DNA of 64,000 nucleotides from Owenia fusiformis (Eukaryota): NCBI GenBank assembly GCA_903813345.2, contig CAIIXF020000001.1, positions 28,396,001 to 28,460,000 of the forward strand, read 5' to 3'. Shown piece by piece: positions 54,172 to 64,000 of this stretch (position 1 is its first letter; each line of letters starts with the position of its first letter). The notes under the pieces were generated by a model. It saw only the letters and a program-made list of their open reading frames with translations, ran no database searches and was not told where the DNA came from. The position numbers and the translations under genes were made by a program.

Positions 54172-57100
54172 ATGGCTCCAGTGAGTATTTTTATCTCCGA
54201 AGATTTTGCTGTTTTCTTACTACCTTTCCCACTTTTGCATGAAATAAAATGTAAGATGGTGTAATGACATATCATGCACACGACTGTCATATTTTTTCTT
54301 GCTATTCAATCTATGTAATAAGAGAAATCAATTGTTTTATCCACGAATTTTTTCCCTCCAGATTTCCGAACTCGATCCAACATGATTTTTTCAATCCCCC
54401 ATCGAAATCCAGTGCCATCCGTTCGAACTGACATCTCATTCGTTACAACAATTATTTCATCTTACAGCTTCTTATTTTTATAGTTGTTCATATTTCGTCT
54501 TCGTGTTAAAAATGAGAAACTATTGAATAAATTAGTCAGGAAAAAGTGGAAACCGAACTTAGCAACTTAAAAAGCCACAAAGCAGCCGGCCCAGATGGGA
54601 TACAAGCAAGGGTCCTCAAGGAAGCTGCCAAGGAGCTAGCTTCTCCACTTGCCATACTGTACACTAAATGTATGGAACAGGGTGAACTACCACGGGACTG
54701 GAAGGATGCAGTAGTGACACCTATCTTTAAGAAAGGAAGGAAGTCATCCCCAGCTAACTACCGCCCAGTCAGTTTAACATGCATTGCATGTAAGATTATG
54801 GAAACACTGGTGAGAGCAGACCTGTTGGACCATTTGGTGTCAAACAACATTTTGTCAGATGATCAACATGGATTTTCCCCCTCCCGTTCATGTTGTACAC
54901 AATTGTTGACAGTACTAGAGGACTGGACAAGTATACTTGATAGAGGAGATCAAGTGGACTGCATATATTTTGACTTTAGCAAGGCGTTTGACTCCGTGCC
55001 ACATAACAGAATGCTAGAGAAGCTGGAAAAACTTGGAATTGATGGGAATCTACTGGCCTGGTTAAAGGCGTTTGTACTAGGCAGGAGGCAAAGAGTTCGG
55101 ATCAATAATAAACTGTCCGATTGGAAGCCAGTATCCAGTGGTATACCCGAAGGCTCCGTGCTCGGGCCGATGATATTCATACTATATATAAACGACCTCC
55201 CAGAGACAGTACATAACACTATCAAGATGTTTGCAGACGACACCAAAGTGTATGCCACCGTTAACTGCAACGAAGATGCCAAGAAGTTACAGGAGGATGT
55301 TGACAGTCTCATGAAATGGTCGGCTAGGTGGCTGCTCAAATTCAACGAAAATAAATGCAAAACCATGCATCTGGGAAACAAGAATATTAATAAAGATTAC
55401 TACATGAATGACACTAAAATAGAAAATGTTAACGAGGAGAAAGATCTTGGAGTCATAATAGACAAAGAACTGAACTTCCATAAACAAGTATCCATGTGTG
55501 TTAATAAAGCAAATCAGATCCTAGGAGCAATGAAGCACACACTCACATACAGAGATAGTGACATATTCATAAAGCTCTACAAGACCTTAGTTAGACCCCA
55601 CCTAGAATATAACAATGACCCCTGTTACACAGGCCAGTTGAAATGCTTCGTTACGAAGCAATTTGACAAAAAGCTTCGTAACGAAGCAATTTTGGGCCAG
55701 TGTAACACCTCCGCCTTCGTTAGAAAAGCTTAGTTGATAACGAAGCAATTGAGTAGAAAATTCAACGAAGGTTAGGTCCCAACGAAGCTTTTTTGGCCTG
55801 TGTAACAGGTAGCTTCGTTAGAAATTGCTTAGTTGGCGGTTTGCGCATGCGCGTAACAAAGAGCACATTCATCATTTTGTATTAAATGAGAGGAATTGCG
55901 AGGAAAGAACATGTTTTTAAGTACGTATCATTATAATGCCACGTTTTGATTAAAATAATTACCTATTTGCGTCACTGATTGACGCTAACTCAAGCCCTAA
56001 ACGCCACGTACAAATGTGATTTACCGTCTTTCGTAGCATTTCATTCGATTCCCTGCCTTTCCTCGCATTGATATGACAAAAAGTATTAAATCTAAAAGAC
56101 TCAGGTTCACCGTATATATGTATACGGTAGCTTTGAACATGTTGAAACGTTTATCTGATCTATTTGAGAATAAACCTAGAATATTTAAATGTCCCTCTTT
56201 CGGAAAACTCCGTCTCAAGTGTGGAAGGGTAAACTTTTGAAATTACATAAGATATGCTTACTAAATAGAAAGTTGTGGCATACATGTTTAATATTAATTT
56301 TTTCTTGCGCCTTGAATAATTATACCTTGAATGTAATTCTAAAGGTGTTAATACCATGATACTGATACAATTGCTTCCCGGTGAATCACATCAGGTGAAT
56401 TTAGCCGATTTGATTGATTCGAAAATGTCTCTCTTCAGAAATCGTATTCAACTGGCTATCGCCCCATTGCAATACTTGTACTAGTCGTTCCATTATTCTA
56501 TTCTTCGACGATTTTAAATTGTAATTGAATTTAAACTTCATGTTTAAATATATTGAATTAATTACGTTTCAAAACTTCCGTATACAAATACGGTAAAACC
56601 ACCTGCGGACAAGGAACGGTGGCCAAAATTGTTTCGTGTCGACAGATATTTGCCACAGAGAGGCTGCATGTTTTAGGCCAGCCCCAAACACTATTGATGT
56701 GTCGTAAGACGATGCTTACAACTGATATTCAAGTTTCTTCCTATTTGCGCCATTTTCGAATTCAACGGACGGCTGATGGATTAACATACTAATTTATGTC
56801 AAACTCACTCAAATATGCATGGAATATTGGCGAAACGGGTAATATTCATATTAAGATGAATTGGTCATGAAATAGTAGTTAAACCACCAGCCGAACACCA
56901 AGATATTTTAGTAATGGCTACACTATTTGAAATATACTGAGAAGTCCATTTGGAAATTGAACGTTTTTATACGATATTACATACTAGTCCTCTGTATAAA
57001 CCCCAAATCCAATTCCTCCTAGTAATTAACATAGGCCTATTTTTATTCCATATGTTTTCCAAAGGAAATGATTGAAAATGAAAACAATACTTGACATGTG

Positions 57101-60100
57101 TACGGAATGATCACAGAGGTGGCGTTAACGCAATTTTTTACGTTTTTTACTCACATTTTTGCAACTCTGACGCAAATATTCATTGTCTACCGAGTCTTTC
57201 TGACGCACGTTTGTTTCACATGCCAAATCCCCGCTTGGTACTTGGTTAAATTGATCCCTATATGTGAAAATACGTGATTGATCAAATTTATAATTTTGCT
57301 AATTCCGGAAATCTAAAATTTCGTTCAGCGCAATTGAGCCTCCTTCCTACCGATCATTTTCTCATTTCGGTATTTCATATAATTTTTAAAGCCCTGTGAT
57401 TAAGATTCAATGATAAACTTGAAAACATTGATCGATCCCTCGATTAATTTATCTCGTGAAGCACGTTGCTAGGGGGCGTATCAAAAATGCAATAAAACGA
57501 ACATAACATTGAACAATAATTTATTAATTTCATACTCCCTTCTAAGGATTTTATTGATCGTATATTTATCTAAATTACCGCATTAAATCTTCCCTCGAAT
57601 GTTCACACGCTAGATTTACGAACCTTTAGTTTCCTTCGCAAGTTCGCAAAATTCCTTAGCTAAGTTAGCAAGTTTCCTTGAGCCGTCCCCTTCATCAGCA
57701 TGCGCAGATGTAATGCGCAGTAGGTTTATCAATGGTGCTCACAGTGACCGATCTATCGTAAGTTTTCACCAAGTATTTTCAATTAACTCCCTCAAGTTAA
57801 GATCTTCGATTCACTAGATCTGAAGCTGATCCTATGAAGATAGATAATGGGCACATGAAAATCCAGTCGATCGCACATTAAGGGGGGTAATGATGATAAA
57901 TTAGGTATGAAAACAAATTTACTTTCGGTTTCATTTGATCAGCTATAATTATAAGATTCTACCGTATTCAATTTAAATAATGCCCAGTATTGTTGTCGGT
58001 CTTATATTGCCGTTTTAGACTATGGAAAGATTGCAAAAATGTTGAATTTCAACATGAAACGCTTCGACCCCAATTTGTGTAACCCCACACAGGGAGAAAA
58101 TCCTCTCCCACTCCATTCACACCCATGACTCGCTGGACCAGATAATCAGATGATTAATAGTGACATTTTTCTTGCAATTGCCTAATTAATTAATTGTTAG
58201 TTGTTAATGTGCTATAAGAGTACAATAAAAGGTATGCATAAAATCAAAAAATAGATTTTGTATGTGGTTTCTACATTTTGTATGCATTTTTACTCAAGAA
58301 AAACACTTTTATAGCTTTGACTCAACTTTTTTTCTTGTGACTCACTTTTTTGAAACTACCTGAGTCATGATGACTCGCAAAAATATATGCCTACCGCCAC
58401 CGCTGGATCACATTCATCTGGTTTTATTTTCCCGAGAATTTTGATCTAGTCTTTTTCTGTGCTGAATTGTTAAAATAAAGATTAAAAATTATATTTTTGA
58501 GTTTCATCAATTGTTTATATCAAAAGAATAAAGATATTAATCATAATAAGTGGGTGGGGCAGATGAGTAATGCGCACGCGCAACGAAGCATTTTAAGTGC
58601 AGTGTAACACCAAATAATTGCTTCGTTAGGGTTGGATAAAGCCAGTGTGGACACAATTTTGTCGCTAACCTTCGTTACAAAAATGCTTCGTTAGACTCAA
58701 CCAAGCAGTGTAACAGGTACCAATACAGTCTGGAACCCGAGATTTAAAGGAGACATCGACAAAATTGAAAGAGTTCAGCGCAGAGCCACAAAACTTGTCA
58801 CTGGACTGAACGATAAACCCTACCCAGAAAGACTTAAACAGTTAAAACTATACTCTATGACATACAGACGGAAAAGAGCAGACATGATCCAGGTATTTAA
58901 AATTGTTCATGGTATTGACAGAGTAAATGCAGAGATATTCTTTAATCAGTCAACAGTGAGATATACAAGAGGGCATGACTTTAAACTATACCAGGAAAGA
59001 TCTAGGCTCAATCTTAGAAAGCACTTCTTCTCCCAAAGAGTGATAGCAGACTGGAACAGCCTGCCTGAGAAAGCAGTATGTGCGCCAACCCTGGAAACCT
59101 TTAAGACGAGGATGGATGATCACTGGAAGAGGGAGCACTATATGCTATAGGTTTCTTTTGTTTTGGTCTTGTTCAATGAAATGAGAAGCCAGGTGGCTTA
59201 AGTAATGAGAGGACAACATCACTGGCTTAGTCCACTACGTCCTTATGATGATGATGATGATGATGATGATTAGTAGTGAGGGGATGACATTGTAATTTTT
59301 GTATCGCAGAACTTCAGTATTGTTTCTGAAGCCAAGCGATGAAGAAATGTACACAAAGATAGGTTCATTGTTGAATTCTTTTCCTTTGTAGTGATATCTT
59401 AAAAATTGTCTCCAAGATTTGATGGTTTGCTTTAGAAATGTACAAAAAACTTTCTGTTTGCAGGCAACCAAGAAAGGTGGCAAAGCTCAGCCCGTGAAAG
59501 GCAAGAAGAAGAAGACCATAAAGAAGTTCACAATCGACTGTACCAGACCTGTTGAAGATGGTATCATGGATGCCTCTCTCTTTGTAAGTACCAAGATGGT
59601 CACATAATCCTTTGTCAAATCAAGTTGGTAATTCTGAAATGGTCACATAATTCTTTGTCAAATCCAGTTGGTAACATCTAGCATCATATAGGCCTACCTA
59701 TCACAAATTTGATTTCAGTAATCATCCTTGGTGTATTTTGATGGTGATCCACATGTATTTTAAAGTGTACTGTTGTAAACATGCATTCACAATAACTGAT
59801 TCAAGTGTTGTGCTAATGACTCGAGGATTAGGGTTACCTTCCCTAGTCTGGGCTATTAGGGTTATCTTCCCTAAAGGGCCTTTTTATCTGTCTATAGGAG
59901 AAGTTCCTGCATGAGCGCATAAAGGTCAATGGGAAAACCAACAACTTTGGAACCAATGTGAACATTGAGAAGAACAAGAACAAAGTTGTCATCTCTTCAG
60001 ACATCCCATTCAGCAAGAGGTAAGAAAACACCAATCTTAGTTGCCTGTCATCATAATACATAATCAAGTGGATGAATGGTCAGGCCTACCTATTATACAT

Positions 60101-60691
60101 TTTCAAAAATCAATCAGAATTAAAAAAAAAAACTGTCAGCTAAAGAATAATTCCTTAAATATTCTGTTTACCACCATTCACCATTTCACTGTACTCTTGC
60201 GGTTTCATCAGCTAGAAAATTCTTGTCCTAATTAATAAGCTAAATCAAGAAAAATTGTTTTGTCCCAACCTTGTGCAGAATTTAAATAACCAGGTAACTT
60301 AAGTTTCATTGGTTAAAAAATTCTATTTAAGATATAGGATAAATCAAGAAAAAAATTGTTGTCTCAACTTTTTGTGGTGAACTTGAAATGTTACAATCAC
60401 TTGAATAAAACCTGGATATGTGATGGATGCTATTTAAATTGTTACAGATATACATAGCTATTTTGACTATTGCAGTATGTTCCCCCAATTTGCTAGTATG
60501 CCACTGATGGACAATATATTTATAAAATCGCTCTTGTTTTCAGATACCTCAAGTACCTCACCAAGAAGTTTCTGAAGAAGCACCAGCTCCGTGATTGGCT
60601 CAGAGTGGTTGCAGACACCAAGGACTCTTATGATCTGAGATACTTCCAGATCAACAATGAGGAAGAGGAGGAAGATGAAGGCGATGAATAG
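54172..60691 (+). CDS. RPL22: 60S ribosomal protein L22 (eL22), 132 aa
   Basis: Exons 54172-54180, 59464-59583, 59898-60019, 60544-60691. Motifs [57 protein letters not shown] plus acidic tail. AATAAA at 60792. Confidence 0.97.
54531..59270 (+). mobile_element. 5'-truncated CR1/L2-group LINE (RT domain), interrupted by a DNA transposon
   Basis: ORF2 motifs [42 protein letters not shown]. The frame resumes at 58725 ([15 protein letters not shown]) and stops at 59150. 3' UTR stem AAGCCAG(G)TG / CACTGGCTT; (ATG)n tail 59245-59270. Confidence 0.93.
55617..58721. mobile_element. 3.1-kb non-autonomous PIF/Harbinger-like DNA transposon inserted in the LINE
   Basis: Termini GACCCCTGTTACAC / GTGTAACAGGTACC; TSD AAT (possibly CAAT); many subterminal TGCTTCGTTA repeats; no long ORF. 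Confidence 0.8.
59827..59897 (+). promoter_or_regulatory. Twin RNA hairpins and alternative (poison) 3' splice site in RPL22 intron 2
   Basis: ATTAGGG-TTACCTT-CCCTAGT (59827-59847) and TTAGGG-TTATCTT-CCCTAA (59856-59874). Using the upstream AG at 59845-59846 adds 17 codons ending in TAG. Confidence 0.55.
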
Positions 60692-63600
60692 ACTATCTAA
60701 TCTATTGTGACATCATAGACAGTGGATATATAGTGTCTACCTCACACACGGAACTTTCCAGTGTTGTATGATGTACTACTAGCCTCATTGTAATAAAAAG
60801 AAAAAAATGTAAATAATTAAATCTATTGTTGGATTTATTAGGTGTTCAGGACTAAAAGGTGCCTACATTAACTTAAAGTTCCATTGAAAAAGTCTATTGA
60901 CCTTTTCAGTATTTTGCTGAAAATTATAAATTCCAATTTATAAATACATGAAATAGGCTACAGTGGTCTCCCCAGCATTAAAGCAAGTGGGCTGAGATTT
61001 TGAAAATAGGCTTGCGCCCACCTGAAAATAATGAAAAAATGGCATATTTTGACCAATTTTGGTCTGAATTGTGAAAATGAGGATTTTGCACCCACTTGAG
61101 AGAAAATCCTGTGGAGATCACTGGGATATGTTCATCCCACAAATTCAAAGTTGTTTTTCCAAATGTGAAAATGCATGTGTTCTGTATTGCAGAGCCAACA
61201 AAATTTTCCAAAAGGCCTCGGCTTAGTGTCCTGTTTAATTTGTTAAAGAACCCCCATTCTTACCATTGACTATTGATTCTACTGTTTTTGTATGAATCTA
61301 CTTGTTGAAACTCTATCAACTTGAGATCTGAAATAAAATGAGGATTTTAACAAGGAGAATTGGAAGCTGTTATTCAAACTCATATTGTCCAGCATAGACC
61401 AGTGGTAACAATATTACTCGTATTTTGAAAACTAGAACTGCCACTGAAACTTGAATCAACCTATATATGAGGTGGAAAATGCCCATGTCATAAAATGCCA
61501 TGGGGTATTCTCCACTGACTTATGCATATTAGGGATGTCATCATGTGGATAGAAGCAAATCTTGATTATCTCTCTAGCTAGAGAAACACAATAGGGAGTA
61601 TAGGTATTATGGTACTGATTCCAAGTACTGCACACGCTGGAAGTGTTATTTTACCTCACTGACATCTATTTGTCATGTTTGTAAATCTATATCACCTACA
61701 ACTACATCTTGTATCTGAAAGAACTCTCATACTCTAGGAACATGAGGAATATTTTGTTAATGTTGAATTAAAACGTATAGGGTGTGACAAAATTAAAAGC
61801 AACAATTGAACAAGTATTAGTATTCCTGGCGATGTCAAATATCCAAAAGATTGCGCCATAAAACTCTTAATTCTCCCAAATAATGACAAGGAATCATGAG
61901 CCCAAAATATTGCTAAATCTGGTACTTCATTGATATGTCCTCCCATGCATGCCATGTCAGGAAAAGCATTTGTTTGATGCGTAAAATGACACCTTGCCAA
62001 ATATTATTTAGAAATATTTAGTAAATACTAATGCTTCCAGTTGTCTTCCAACCCCGTTGTTGTGACATTTCAAAAAATCTCAATTTTCATATTTGGCTCA
62101 ACAGAAATCTGACTTCAGCGACCAGAAATTGAACAATTTTTTATACCCGCTTATGCGTCTTAACAGTTTTTAGGAAGTCAGTTTGGCAGATCAGTTTAAC
62201 TACATATGATTTATGAATACTCGTTAATTCGACTCCTAGACAGATAATTCCAATATTTTCTCTGATCAGATGGGGCACGTTGACCAGACAACTCTCATCT
62301 CAAGTTATCCAAGAAATTCCATCTGTTCTCTGTATCAAACCGTATGAATGACAGGCAGTCTTCCAAGCAATGTTCCTGAAGGTTATATTCATGTAGTAAA
62401 TGTTGATTTTTTCCTGGGAAAATTGCTTAAAACATGTAGAACTGCAGGTATCTACTTAGATAATCTGCAATCCAGTTTTAGCATGTTTAGAGATGGGTTA
62501 TAACCTAAGTGGCAAGGGGGCATGTAAAACTGTAAGAACAATTCGGGTGAATTATTTATTGAAGCAAAAATTTCATTTCAATTTCGAGGTTGGATTGACA
62601 ATCAATATTTTTTCTTCCAGATGCATTATTTTCAAAATTTATAAGGAAAGAATTTGAGGAGGGGCATTTCAATTATTTCCAAATTGGACAAAATACATAC
62701 ATGTAGATCTGAACTTGAAAAGAATAATGTCAATGTTCTGATTATATGAAATACTTGTTTTCAACTAGAAGGGATGATTCATTCTGCTGCAACCCCCCCC
62801 CCCACCGATCCATATATTTCATGACACTTTTATGTCTTCATAAAAATCCTGAATAACTTCTCCATTTGACAGATAGTTTGGGAATTTGGGTAATTTCTAA
62901 CAAAGTTCTTGCAAAACATGCAATGAATTTTTAAAGAAGCATCCCCACCCATCTGTGTTCCATTTGCTGTTTGCCATCGGGGTATCACGTGCCCTCAAAG
63001 CCCATAGAATAAGGCACATTAGGTTACTCAAGTCAATGTATTGCACTTAGATTTTTACTAGACATACCTATAATTATTTCACTGAAAAATTGAATGTTCT
63101 GCATTAATGTGTTGTTCCTCTTCCCCAACAGGCTGGAACTATTTTTGATTGCATAACAGCTGCACTTTGAAAACTGGTTCATAAAAAAGTGCATATAAAA
63201 AGCAGGGTGTATCATCAAAACTATAAAATCACTTGCTAAGTTGCTACACAGCTTCACCTTTACCCTGAATTCCCATTGGCTCATCATATCATCCTCTAAC
63301 TATAACATGTGATTTTGATACTGATTAGATATTTACGATCTCAAATGGAACTTCAAGAGAATTTGAATGTGACATGAATATTTGATACTCTTAGCTTAAT
63401 AGACAGAAAATGTTTTGTAGTTTTCTGTCAATATGTTCTGATTTAATATTTAATTAAAGAGTGTTAAGAGGTCTTTTGGAGAGGGTACTCAACTTTTACA
63501 TATTTTGTTTTCTTTGCTGTTTTTCGATGGTTCTTAAGATTTATTCTAACCTGATGATTGCGGACAACCCCAAAGAGGATAAAATAAAACGTAATGGGAA

Positions 63601-64000
63601 CATGTTGAAATCATTATCTCTTATCATAGATTTACTTTTAAAGAAAGACATAGAACCTTGCTAGAACTAGTTTTCATAAATTGGTGGAGATTTCACTCGA
63701 TTTCAACGTTAATTTTCATATTCGACTCAATAGTTTTTATCTCACAAAGTGCTAAATTAGAACTGTAAAAATTAGTATCTACAATAAAAAAAATCAGGTG
63801 CTCGTGCTTGGCTTGCTCAGAGATATCACCTGTTAGTATTGTAAGGGCTAATCAGCCTGAAGTAAGAACCTTCAGAGAAGATGCCACATTAGGAAAAGTG
63901 AGGAAAAATTGGGAGCGGGATATCATTTGCTCATTACTGCACTGCTAAATGAAGTTTTAGCAGAATATAATGATCATTGGGTACTAAAACATAGAATGTA

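Noticed and set aside
59329-59428. Possible C/D snoRNA in RPL22 intron 1 (AAGCCA..GCGATGA...TTGA..TGGTTT)
   Set aside because: Both boxes deviate from consensus and I cannot identify an rRNA-complementary guide; needs snoscan or Infernal.
59738-59805. Possible C/D snoRNA in RPL22 intron 2 (ATGGTGA...CTGA)
   Set aside because: Imperfect C box, weak terminal stem and no convincing guide match.
59828-59874. Telomeric TTAGGG/CCCTAA motifs
   Set aside because: Isolated hexamers acting as hairpin stems, not a telomeric array.
61690-64000. Possible coding or pseudogene remnant at the right end (88-aa and 84-aa ORFs)
   Set aside because: Frequent stops in the frames I checked, no recognisable motif and no consistent splice structure.

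Overview
AT-rich, intron-rich invertebrate animal genomic DNA; the species cannot be determined, but the repeat families look lophotrochozoan/mollusc-like. Six protein-coding genes can be rebuilt by hand with GT-AG junctions and consistent phases: (1) the first 12 coding exons of POLR1A (-, runs off the left edge); (2) a pirin (+, 8 coding exons, 309 aa); (3) a 2-exon, ~1083-aa gene nested antisense in pirin intron 3, with a GlnD/GlnE/DUF294-type nucleotidyltransferase module plus a long TPR array; (4) a C17orf98/SPMAP1-like gene (-); (5) AP2M1 (-) with a tandemly duplicated, apparently mutually exclusive exon; (6) RPL22 (+), head-to-head with AP2M1. The most interesting items are: the nested NTase-TPR protein (candidate animal protein nucleotidylyl transferase or sensor); the AP2M1 mutually exclusive exons; twin L22-type hairpins plus a poison 3' splice site in RPL22 intron 2; a 40-copy 63-bp array that multiplies a pirin splice donor; a 4-kb element with CAC termini and a 5-bp TSD (Transib/RAG-like signature); and a tRNA-containing solo LTR. 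Many MITEs, Helentron-like elements and nested insertions fill the introns. All family assignments come from motif recognition, not database searches.
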